DNA of 64,000 bases. Origin: Hypanus sabinus. Taxonomy: Eukaryota. Each line of letters begins with the position of its first letter. Within the stretch, counting starts at the first letter, position 1. A program made the position numbers and the translations under genes. The stretch covers positions 5,394,001 through 5,458,000 of the forward strand of contig NC_082717.1 in assembly GCF_030144855.1 (NCBI RefSeq), written 5' to 3'. Positions 49,872 to 61,799 of this stretch are shown one piece after another. The notes under the pieces were generated by a model. The model was not told the DNA's origin and made no database searches. It saw only the letters and a program-made list of their open reading frames with translations.

Positions 49872-52800
49872 CGGTGCCTATAAAAATTATTCACCCCATG
49901 CCCTGCCTTAGAACTTATCATGTTTTACAACATTAAATCTCAGAGGATTTAATTTGGCTCCTTTAACACTGATCTACAGAAAAGACTTTTTTTTGTGTCG
50001 AAATGAAAACAAATTTCTGCAAATTGGTCTAAATTTATTACAGTTATTAAACACAAAATAACTGATTGCATTATTACTCATCCTTTCAAGTTAGTATTTA
50101 GGAAATTGTGAGTGGACATCTCTTTTCAAGTCCAGCCACAAAGTCTCGATTGGTTTGAGATCTGGACCCTGACTTGGTCACTCCACAATGTCAACTTTGT
50201 TGTTTTTAAGCCACTCCTATGTAGCTTTGGTTCTATACTTAGGGGCATTGTCTTGCTGGAAAACAAATCTTCTCCCAAGTTGCAGTTCTCCTACAGACAG
50301 CATCATGTTTTCCTCCAGGATTTCCCTGAATTTTGCTGCATTCATTTTACCCTCTACCTTCACAAGCCTTCCAGGGCCTGCTGAAGGGAAGCATCCCCAC
50401 AGCATGATGCAGCCCCCACCATGCATCATGGTAGGGATGGTGTGTTTTTGATGACGTGCTGAGTTTGGCTTATGCCAAACATAACATTTCATCTGATAGC
50501 CACAATCTCAATTTTGATTTCATCAGGCAATAGAACCTTCTTCCAGCTGATTTCAGCGTCTTTTGGCAAACTCTGGCCAAGATTTCAGGTGTGTTTTTTT
50601 TTTCTACAATGCTTTCTCTTTGCCACAGTCCCATAAAACTATGATTGGTGAAGAACCCAGGCAACAGTTGTTGTATTCACAGTCTCTCCCATATCATATG
50701 CTGAAACTTGTAACTCCTTCAGAGTTGTCATAGGTCCCTTGTTGTCAGAGTTGTCATAGGTCCTTACCAGTCCCCTTCTTGCACGCTCACTCAGATTTGA
50801 GGATGGCCTGCTCTAGTCAAATTTGCAGCTGTGCCATATTCCATCCACCTCTGGATGACTGACGTAACTGTCCTGCAATGACCTGGAAATATTCTTGTAT
50901 GCATCTCCTGACTTGTGCTTTTCAATAACCTTTTCATGGAGTTGCTTGGAGTGTTCTTTTGTTTTCATGGTGTTGATTTTGTCAGAACACCGATTCACCA
51001 GCTGCTGGGCCTTCAGATCCAGGTGTATTTTTACTACAATCAATTGAAACACCTCAACTTCACACAGTGATCTCCACTTAACTAATTATGTGACTTCTAA
51101 AAGCAATTGGCTACACCAGTGTTGATTTGGTGTGCCATATTAAAGGGTGTGAATACTTATGCAATCAATTATTTTGTGCTTGACATTTGTAATTAATTTA
51201 GATCACTGTAGAGATTTGCTATCACTTTGACATGAAAGGGTCTTTTTTGAGAAGACAGCTGAAACGTCTCCACCCAGGCAAGGCTGCAGGCCTGGATGGT
51301 GTCAGCTCCAGGGTGCTCAAAGCCTGTGCCCCCTAGCTATGTGGAGTACTTCACTATGTCTTCAACCTGAGCCTGAGTCTCCAGAGGGTTCCTGTGCTGT
51401 GGAAGACGTCCTGCCTAGTCTCTGTGCCGAAGATGCCACACTCCAGTTGCTCCAATGATTACAGACCGGTGACATTGTCCTCCCACATCATGAAGACCCT
51501 GGAGAGACTTGTTCTGGAGCAGCTCCGGCCTATGGTTAGGCCACACTTAGACCCCCTCCAGTTCGCCTACCAGCCCCAACTAAGAGTTGAGGATGCCATC
51601 GTCTACCTGCTGAACCGTGTCTACGCTCACCTGGACAAGCCGGCGAGCACTGTGAGGGTCATGTTTTTTGACTTCTCCAGTGCGTTCAACACCATCCGCC
51701 CTGCTCTGCTAGGTGAGAAGCTGACAGTGATACAGGTGGATGCTTCCCTGGTGTCATGGATTATTGATTACCTGACTGGCAGACCACAGTACGTGCGCTT
51801 GCAACACTGTGTGTCAGACAGAGTGGTCAGCAGCACTGGGGCTCCACAGGGGACTGTCCTGTCTCCCTTTCTCTTCACCATCTACACCTCGGACTTCAAC
51901 TACCGCACAGAGTCTTGCCATCTTCAGAAATTTTCTGATGACTCTGCCATGTTTTTTGCCATGTTTCATCAGCAAGGGAGATGAGGCTGAGTACAAGGCT
52001 ACGGTGGGAAACTTTGTCACATGGTGTGAGCAGAATCATCTGCAGCTTAATGTGAAAAAGACTAAGGAGCTGGTGGTGGACCTGAGGAGGGCTAAGGCAC
52101 TCGTGACCCCTGTTTCCATCCAAGGGGTCAGTGTGGACATGGTGGAGGATTACAAGTACCTGGGGATACAAATTGACAATAAACTGGACTGGGCAAAGAA
52201 CACTGAGGCTGTCTACAAGAAGGGTCAGAGCCGTCTCTATTTCCTGAGGAGACTGAGGTCCTTTAACATCCACCAGATGATGCTGAGGATGTTCTACGAG
52301 GCTGTGTGGCCAGTGCTATCATGTTTGCTGTTGTGTGCTGGGGCAGCAGGCTGAGGGTAGCAGACACCAACAGAATCAACAAACTCATTCGTAAGGCCAG
52401 TGACGTTGTGGGGCTGGAACTGGATTCTCTAACGGTGATGTCTGAAAAGAGGATGCTGTCTAAGTTGCATGTCATCTTGGACAATGTCTCCCATCCACTC
52501 CATGATGTACTGGTTAGGCACAGGAGTACATTCAGCCAGAGACTCATTTCACCGAGATGTAATACTGAGCGACATAGGAAGTCATTCCTGCCTGTGGCCA
52601 TCAAACTTTACAACTCTTCCCTCGGAGTGTCAGACACCCTGAGCCAATAGGCTGGTCCTGGACATATTTCCACTTGGCATGATTAACTTATTATTATTTA
52701 ATTATTTCTGGGGTTTTTTTGCTATATTTCTACTCTACTCTTGGTGTAACTGTAACAAAACCCAATTTCCCTCAGGATCAATAAAGTATGTCTGTCTGTC

Positions 52801-52914
52801 TGTTTCTGTTCATCAGTGTCAAAAATACTCAAGTAAAATCCACTGTGATTCAATGTTGTAGCAGAATAAAATATGAACATTTCCAAGCAAGGTAAATATT
52901 TTTTATTGGCACTG
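49872..52914 (-). mobile_element. Tc1/mariner transposon (decayed), long inverted repeats, interrupted by Rex1
   Basis: Left end TA|CGGTGCCTATAAAAATTATTCACC, right end TTTTATTGGCACTG; transposase HGGGCIMLWGCF...FQQDNAP and MKTKEHSKQL. Confidence 0.88.
51250..52803 (+). mobile_element. Rex1/Babar LINE, 5'-truncated, nested in Tc1
   Basis: NDYRPVTLSSHIMKTLE...DPLQFAY...FFDFSSAFNTI...GAPQGTVLSP...FSDDSA; AATAAA plus (gtct)n tail. Confidence 0.9.
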
Positions 52915-53339
52915 TGTAAGTATTTAGATAGACATGGCTTTGTGCATGTTAGATCATGTCTGGCAAATCTTCTAGAGTATTTTGAGGAAGTTACCAGCAA
53001 AGTGGATGAAGGCAAAGCAGTGGATGTTGTCTACATGAACTTTAATAAGGCACTTAATAAGATCCCACAAGGGGGGATGGTCAAGAATGTACAGTGGTTT
53101 GGCATTCAAGATAGGGTAGTAAACTTGATTAGACATTGGCATCATGGGAGAAGACAGAGAGTGGTAGTAGATGGTAGCTGGAGTCCAGTGGCTAGTGGTG
53201 TGCCACGGAGATTGGTATTGGGTCATTTGTTGTTTGTCATATACATCAACGATCAGCATGATAATGTGATTAACTGGATCAGCAAATTTGTGGATGACAC
53301 CAAGATTGGGGCTGTAGCAGACAACGAGGAAAGCTATCA

Positions 53340-54545
53340 TAAGACCATTAAACATAGATGCAGAATTAGGCCATATGGACCATCGAGTCTGCTCCGCCAC
53401 TCAATCATGGTTGATCCTTTCTTTTTATCTCCTCCTCAACCGCAGTTCCTGGCTTTCTCCCGTAACCTTTGATCCCATGTCCAATCAAGAATTTATCAGT
53501 CTCTGCCTTAAATACACCCAATGTCCTGGCCTCCACAGCTGCATGTGGCAACAAATTCCATAAATTCACCACCATTTTGCTGAAGAAATTTCTCCACATC
53601 TGTTTTTAGAGTGTGCCCCTCTGGGCTGAGGCCATGCGCTCATGTTGTAGACTCTCCCACCATGGGAACCACCCTTTCCACATCTACACCGTCAAGGCCT
53701 TTCAACATTTAAAAGGTTGCAATGAGATGCCCCCTTATACTTCTGAATTCCAACAAGTACAGATCCAGAGCCATCAAACGTTCCTCTTTTGATAACCCTT
53801 TCATTCTTGGAATCATTCTTGTGAACCTCCTCTGAACCCTCTCCAATGCTAGCACATCTTTTCTAAGATGAAGGGCCCAAAACGGTTCACAATACCCTAG
53901 GTGAGGTTCTACCAGTGCCTTATAAAGCCTCAGCATCACATCCTTGCTCTTGTGTTCTCGAACCCTTGAAATGAATGCTAACATGGCATTTGCCTTCCTC
54001 ACCACCAACTCAACCTGCAAGTTGACCTTCAGGGTGTTCTGCACAAGGACTCCCAAGTTCCTCTGTATCTTAGATTGTAATACCTTAGGTTTTTAAAAGA
54101 TAATTTCCATTGACGCCACCACAATCACTAATGCTATCTCTTTCAGAATCCAGGTGCATTTCATCTGGTCTGGGTGACTTACATACATTTATGTCTTACA
54201 GCTTTTTGAGAACGTTCTCTGTTGTAACAGTAGCTGAATCTTTTTCTCTTCCCTCACACACTACAACATCAGGCATTCTGCTAGCGTCTTCCACAGTGCA
54301 GACTGATACAGAATACTCATTTAGTTCAGCAGCCATCTCCTTGTCCCCGTTATTATTTCTCTTGCCTCATTTCCTATCGATCCTATATCCACTCTCATTT
54401 CTCTTTTATTTTTATCGTATTTTTAAAAAATTACTATCCATTTTGATATTATTTGCTAGCTTGCTTTCATATTTCATTTTTTCCTTTCTAATGATTTTTT
54501 TTACTTGTTCTCTGTAGGTTTTAAAAACTTCCCAATCCTCACTGT
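53340..54545 (-). mobile_element. CR1 fragments
   Basis: MLAFISR...LRLYKALVEPHL..C..FW...LERVQRRFTRMIP. Confidence 0.8.
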
Positions 54546-54582
54546 TCTTTGCTTTGTTGTTGTTGTGTTCTTTATATTAATA

Positions 54583-56520
54583 TGTACCGTGGGTTACTAA
54601 TAAAGAACCATATTCTGGAAGAATATAACTTTTATTTAACAACAACCACACGTTCTTACAATACCATTTTTTCTTGGTCTTTCTATCATTCCTGTGCATG
54701 CTCAGAACTCTCTCCAATAATGTTCTTACATATCAAATCACCACATCTTCCTTTCCTTAAAAAGAAAAACAATTAGCAACATTGACCAGAGCAAATACAT
54801 AATTTTACATGTCTGTATCAGTCACTCTGGGGGTGTATGAACATGAATAGATCTTCTAAGTGGTTCACACAGTTCTTGTGTTTTCCTGTTATTTCCATGT
54901 TTTGTCTGGTCTGCATCAGTTAACTGAAACTCTGAAGTTGGCTCTTTCTTGAGCTCTTTGCAATTTCTTCTTAACACTGATCCTTCTTCTGTTTGGAGCA
55001 TATATGATCTGGGCTGTACTTCTTCAAGTACTGTAGCTTTCTGTGTCCATGTGTTTATTTTGTCTTGTATCTTTACTTCATTTCCTTGGTGCAGTTAAGG
55101 AAATGGACAAGAACATCTGTCAAAGTATGCTTTCTGCTTCGCTTTGTGTTCATCTTTCCATCTTCTCACTTGTTCACCTCCCTCTGTTCTCAGAAGGCTC
55201 TCATCTATTGGCATATTGGATCTCAAATGGCATCCCATCAAGAGCTGAGCAGGTGAAAATCCACATTCAAGTGGAGTACTGCGATAGGCTAACAAAGCTT
55301 TATAAAAATCACCTCCACTATCGTTTGCTTTGTGCATAAGTTTCTTGATAATTTCTACCGACTTCTCAACTAATCCATTGGACTGAGAGAAAAATAGACT
55401 AGATGTTGTATGAACAAAGCCCCATTTATGAGCAAAATGTCTTGTGCATTCACCATTGAATTGTGGACCATTGTCTGTGAAAACTTCATCAGGTACACTG
55501 TGTCTGGAAAAAACTAATTTCATGCATGTAATTACATTCTCTGCTGTTGTTCTGCTCAAACCACACACTTCACAATACAATGAGTAGTAATCTGTTATTA
55601 ACAGATAATCTTTATTGTCAGTTACAAAAATATCAACGCCTACCTCCTGATAAGGTCTCTGAGGACTAGGATGTGGATGCAGAGGCTCCTTAGGGTTGCT
55701 AGGTTGGTACACCAATTCTGCAATTTATTGATTCATCCTGGCCCAAAACCTCACTTCCTGCACCCCTCTCTTATATTTTTCAATACCTAGGCAACCTTCA
55801 TGAATTTTCTCAAGCAGTTTTTTCTAGAGACTTTTAGGAATGACAATTCTGTTACCTTTGTACAATATCCCACCCACAACAGACAGCTCTGATCTGTGGT
55901 TCCAATATTCTTTTACTTCTGAGGTACAGTCATGCCTATTATCTGGCCATCCATCCATCACCACTTGTATTACCTGACTAAGAAATTTGTCTTTCTCTGT
56001 CTCAAGATGCAATAGTTCCAACTTGTCGGCAGCAACATGTACAGTTTCTATGATCATAACAACAAAAGCTTGAACATCAACAGCGTCCCTGTGACTGTCT
56101 TTTGTTGTTGGATCCACAGCTCTGGAAAGTGTGTCAGCCATGTACATAAATTTTCCAGGTGTGTATGATACATTCAATGCATATCTTTGCAATTTGATCA
56201 TCATTCGCTGAATTCACAAAGGTCAATCACTTAAAGGTTGGTGAAACAATGCCATCAGAGGCTTATGTTCAGTTTAAACATCAATAGATTGCCCTGGCGC
56301 AAACTGATGAAATCTGTCACAAGCAATGCTGAGCAATTCTTTTCAACTTGGGCATATCTTGTTTCTGGATCGGATAATGAATGAGATGCATGTGCCACTG
56401 GTAGCCATTCCTTGTCATGTTTTTGCATTAATACTGCCCCTAAGCCTGCTTGAGATACATCACATGAGATTTTGATGGGTCTCTCAGATTCATAGAATTT
56501 CAACACAGGTTCTTACACGT
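54583..56520 (-). mobile_element. Gypsy LTR retrotransposon 3' half (RNase H, integrase, PPT, 163-bp 3' LTR)
   Basis: RNase H ISCDVSQAGLGAVL...YAQVEK; ADTLSR; integrase VGVDIF...DNGPQF...NGLVEKSV. PPT aaggaaaggaaga precedes LTR TGTGG...GTACA (54745-54583) with AATAAA. Confidence 0.88.
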
Positions 56521-58650
56521 CACACGGCAATCTCAGGATTGCTACCAGTGCCACGTGCTGACGGGTTTAGAAATGTAAGAGTGCAGTTTTACTTTAAATA
56601 ACAATGTCAATGACAATTTACTTTTATATGCAACTCCTCATTTCTGCATCTGGTCACTAAAATATATCTGAGAAGTTAAGGCCCCTGAGGTTTACCTCCT
56701 TACATACATTGCTGATATCAGACATTTTCTCTCTCTTTAGTTTCTTTACCCATCTTTCAGATTTAAAAACATAGAAAAATAGAAAACCTACAGCACAATC
56801 CAAGCCCTTCAGCCCAAAAAGTTGTGCTGAACAGGTCCCTACCTTAGAAATTACTAGGCTTACACATAGTCCTCTATTTTTCTAAGCTCCGTGTACTTAT
56901 CCAAAAGTCTCTTAAAAGTTCCTATCATATCCGCCTCCACCACAGTTGCTGGTCGCCCATTCCACGCACTCACCACTTTCCACGTAAAAAATTTACCCCT
57001 GAAATCCATCCATATACACTACAGCTACTGCTCTTTCTTCATCAATGTGTTTAGTCACAACCTCAAAAAATTCAAACAGGGTCATAAAGCATGACCTGCC
57101 CTTGACAAAGCCATGCTGACAATTCCTAATCATCTTATGCCTCTCTAAATGTTCTATAAAAAATACCCAGTAGAGTTATTTACCCCTTCCTATTCCTAAC
57201 TTCCACCCACAGATACTCCATAGACAATCCCTCCATGGCTTCCTCCTTTTCTGCAGCCGTGACAATATCTCTGATCAACAGTGTCATGATCCCACCTCTT
57301 TTGCCTCCCTCCCTGTCTTTTCTGAAATGTCTAAAACCCGGCACTTGAAGTAACCATTCTTGCCCCTGAGCCATCCAAGTCACTGTAATGGCCACCACAT
57401 CATATCTCCAAGTACTGATCCACACTCTAAGCTCATCTGCTTCATTCACAATACTCTTGCATTAAAATAGACTCATCTCAAACCGTTGGACTGAGCGCAT
57501 CCCTTCTCTATCACCTACCAATCCTCCCTCACAGACTGTCTCCAAGATAACTCTATTTGTGAGCCAGGAGCCTCTCCCCTAGTCTCTTCAGTTCAGTTCC
57601 CACCACCCCCCCCCAACAATTCTAGTTTCAACTCTCCCCAGTAGCCTTAGCAAACCTCCCCACCAGGATATTGGTCCCACTGGGATTCAAGTGCAACCCA
57701 TCCTTTTTGTACAGGTCTCTCCTGCCCCAAAAGAGGTGTCAATGATACAGACATCTGAATCCCTGACACTTGCTTCAATCCCTCAGCCATGCATTTATCT
57801 TCCACCTCATTCTTTTCCTACACTCACTGTCGCGTGGCACAGGCAGTGATCCAGAGATTACTACCTTTGCAGTGCTGCTTCTCAAATTCCTTCCTAACTC
57901 CCTGTAGTCTTTTTTCAGGACCTCTTCCCTTTCCCTACCTATGTCATTGGTACCAATACATACCACAACCTCTGACTGTTCTCCCTGCCCTGTGGGATAT
58001 CTTGGACAAGATCTGGGAAGCAAACTATCATCCAAGTTTCTTCTCTGCATCCACAGAATCGCCTGTCTAACCCCATAACTATAGAGTCCCCTATCACTAC
58101 TGCCTTACTCTTCCTTTGTCTACCCTTCTGAACCACAGGGCCGGACTCTGTGCCAGAGGCATGGCCATTGTTGCTTCCCCCATATAGGCTGTTCCCCCCC
58201 CCACAGTACTCAAACAGGAGTACTTATTCTCAAGGGGTACAGCTGCAGGGGTACTCTCTTGTACCTGACTCTTCCCCATCTGCCTCCTGACTGTGACCCA
58301 CTTGTCTGTCTCTTGTGGGCCCGGTATGACCACCTGCCTATAGCTCCTTTCTATCACCCCCTCACTCTCCCTGACCAGGCGAGGGTCATCAAGCGGGATC
58401 CTCAGTTCCCTAACTTGGTCCCTTAGAAGCTGCAGCTCGACACACCAGGTAGAGATCTGGCCATCTGGGAGACTAGAAGACTGCAGGACCTCCCACATTC
58501 GACACCGAGAACAGTACACCAGCCTCACACACATACTACTTCCATTCCACAGTTTACACCAGGTTAACCTACATCAACTCGTTACTGCCTAAGCCCGTTG
58601 AGCCAATGCTCTATCACTCTGCTGCCTCTCACTCCGCTGCCCGCTGGAAA
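56520..58650 (-). mobile_element. CR1 5' portion (ORF1 + APE start)
   Basis: YCSRCRMWEV...CVELQLLRDQVREL; VVVCIGTND; WRYDVVAITVTW. Confidence 0.85.
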
Positions 58651-58689
58651 TTTTACTTCAGGTTTTGTGTGCTCACATCTGTGGAACCT

Positions 58690-60340
58690 GGAGAAATCTT
58701 TCCAAAGTTCAAAGTAAAATATATTACCAGAGTACAAACATGTCACCATATACAACCCTAAGATTCTTTTACCTGTGCATACTCAGCAAGTCTATAGGAA
58801 AGTAACTGTGAACAGGATCAATGAAAGTGCAAGAGTACAGAAGACAACAATGTGTGGAAATGCAAGTATAAGTAAATACAGGTTCCCCCCCCCCCCTTAC
58901 AAAGGTAGAGCATCCTATGAAAGCTTTCTTAAGCTGAAATAGTATAAAGCAAAGAACCATTAATTTATATGGGAAAATTTTTGTAAAAGCAAAAATTCTC
59001 CTTGTAATGCAAAAACAGGTTACTAATGTATGTCTTTTGTAAAAGTGAAGCAGCATTAAGCGAACATTCATAAAGCGAGGGACACCTGTAGCAATAAATA
59101 CCAAGATAAAGACTCCTGAACACGAGATCATTGCTTGTGAAATCACTGGAAGTAGAATGAGTGTAATTATCCTCATTTGTTCAACAGCCTGATGGTTGAA
59201 GGGTAGTATCTGTTTTTGAACCTGGTGGTGAGAGCCCTGAGGCACTTGTGCCTTCTTGTACCTTTAACCTGATGGTTGCAGCATGCAAAGAGCATGCCCT
59301 GATTGGTGAAGAACTTTGGTGATGGATGGATGCTGCTTTTCTACACCAACATTTCGTGTAAATGTTCTCAATGGTTCATAGGGTTTTACACCTGTTGTAC
59401 TGGGTCACATCCACTACCTTTTGTAGGATTTTCCACTTAAAGGCATTGGTGTTCACATACCAGGCCTTAATGCAGCCAGTCAGAACACTTTTCACCACAC
59501 ATAAGACTATAAGACCATAAGATATAAAAGCAGAAGTAGGCTATTTGGCCCATCGAGTCTGCTCCACCATTCAATCATGGTCCAATTCCTCCAGCCTTCC
59601 TCATTCCCCAGCCTTCACCCCAAACCCTTTGATGCCCTAGCTAATCAAGAACCTGTCTAACCCTGCCTTAAATGCACCCAATGACTTGTCCTCCACAGCT
59701 GCTCATGGCAACAATTTCCAGAGATTTACCAATCTCTAACTAAAGTAATTTCTCCTCATCTCTGTTCTAAATGGATGTCTTGAAGTTGTGGCCTCTTGTC
59801 CTGGATTTAACATATCTAATCTGTTCAGGCCTTTTAATATTCGGAATTTTTCTACGGGATCCTCCCTCATTCTCTAGAGCTCCAGGGAATACAGCCCAAG
59901 AGCTGCCAGATGTTCCTCATACAGTAACCCTTTCGTTCCTGGAATCATTCTCGTATCTGTAGAAGCTTGTCAAGGATTTTGTTAACATGCCGAATCTCAG
60001 CAGACTTCTCAGGAAGTTAAGGTACTGTCATGCTTTCTTTGCAATTACATTTATATGATGGGACAGGACAGGTCCTCTGAGATAGTGTCACCAAAGAATG
60101 TAAAGTCAATGAGCTTCTCCACCTCTTTCTTCCGATGAGTGGATTTCTCCGATAGTCTACAATCCCTCCCCTTAGTCATGCTGACGTTGAGTGAGAGGTT
60201 GTTGTTGTGACACCACTCAACCAGATTTTCAGTGTCCTATCTGTATATTGATTCATCACCCACTTTGGCTTTGCCTACAACCGCGGTGTCATCAGCAAAC
60301 TTGAATCTGGTACTGGAGCTCCAGTCACAGGTGTGCAGCA
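58690..60340 (-). mobile_element. Rex1/L2-like fragments with an inserted CR1 3' end (~59500-59960)
   Basis: aggttcaaaaacagatactacccttcaaccatcagg on minus; CR1 3' UTR with the ctataagaccataagat tail. Confidence 0.55.
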
Positions 60341-60646
60341 AGTACATCAGTGGGAGTAAAACCTCTGTTTATCATGCTGAATAGGAACTGTAGAAGATTT
60401 TACTTCAGTGTCTCAGCTCAGTGTGAGCCAAGAAAAACCCAACATCTCTCAATGTTTAAACTGCAAACTCAGCTTCACATGACACTTGAAATTGTTCAGC
60501 ACAAAAACAAGACCTTTGGCTCAACTTGTTCACAGAGACTGTGTTACCCAGCATGCATTTGGTCCACAGACCACTCACCCTCTCCTATCCATGTACTTCT
60601 CTAGATGTCTTTTACATGTTGCTAAAATGTCAAAATTTTCAACTAC

Positions 60647-60988
60647 TGTGACGTTCTAGGTGGGGTGTGTTAACAGCCTTGCCTGCATCTCTAATGACTA
60701 GTATTACTTATTGTTCTTGTTTTAAAATGCTTTTGTGGGATTATGGTGGGAAGTTCCAGTTTGTTTATTGTTACATTTTAGCTTGGGTTACAGAGTTATT
60801 TGCTTGTGGTATTTGTGGGTCACCATAAATGTAACCAGGGAGTGTGAAAGTCACGTCCTGTCTGCGTGAGAGTGGTTGGATTCATCCTCCAGGTCATGGT
60901 GCCCAGACTCTTTGCGCTTATCACAATAAAACTGTTGTTGAGTTAAAGAGCTTCCTCGTCTGTCATTATGGACCAAGTGCTCACCACA
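60647..60988 (+). mobile_element. Possible solo LTR
   Basis: TGTGA...CCACA ends, internal AATAAA; no direct TSD. Confidence 0.35.
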
Positions 60989-61514
60989 GTAGATTGAGTT
61001 ATCAAAGTATGTATGAATTATATAACCTTGAGATTCAACTCCTAACATACAGCCATGAAACAAAGAAGCCAAATGTGCAGAGAATAAAAAAACACATCAT
61101 GTCCATTAAAATTAAGGGGACAAAATAATAAACAAAAAAGACCATCAAACACCCAATGTTCAAAGAAACAAAACACCATAACTGCAAGCTGACACAATAA
61201 TGTTCTCACAGGCAGATTTACTAGAGCATTTGGGAGTGGTTTAAACTAATATAGCAGAAGGACTTGAACCAGTATGATAGAGCTGAGGATGAGCCAGCAG
61301 GTTTAAAAGTAGATAATGAATGTAACAGGAATGTAAGGAAGGACAAGACAATGCAGACAGAGCAACAAGTTAACATAGAAACATAGAAAACCTACGGCAC
61401 AATACAGGCCCTTCGGCCAACAAAGTTGTGCAGAACATGTCCCTACCTTAGAAATTACTCGGGTCACCCATAGTCCTCTATTTCTCTCAGCTCCATGTAT
61501 CTATCCAAAAGTCT

Positions 61515-61790
61515 TTTTCAATCTTTTTATTGTTATCAAAACAGTGAATATACATAGTGTTGGTAAATAATTGTTAAAATTACATTGCTGACAGAAGACA
61601 TATATAATTACATATTCAGTTAGTGCAAAAGAATTAAACCTCCCATGGATGTTCAAAATACAAATGTAAAGTTAACAAAAAAGAAAAAAAATGATTTATC
61701 CAAAAAGACAAAAAATAGAGAAAAAACTGAAAAAGAAAAATAAAAAAAATAAAAAAAAATACACCCAAAAAAACTAACCTAACCATGATC
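61515..61790 (-). mobile_element. L1-like 3' UTR/poly(A) end
   Basis: Antisense caataaaaagattgaaaa plus a T-rich 3' UTR. Confidence 0.5.
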
Positions 61791-61799
61791 CTCCACTAG

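Larger units (their letters stand above)
48420..53340 (+). mobile_element. CR1 fragments (48420-49200; 49205-49871 resuming at 52915-53340), the latter split by Tc1
   Basis: gtattctcagggatcaata|TA...|tgtaagtatttagatagacatgg rejoins a CR1 reading (ILRDRIYKYLDRHG-like). Confidence 0.75.
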
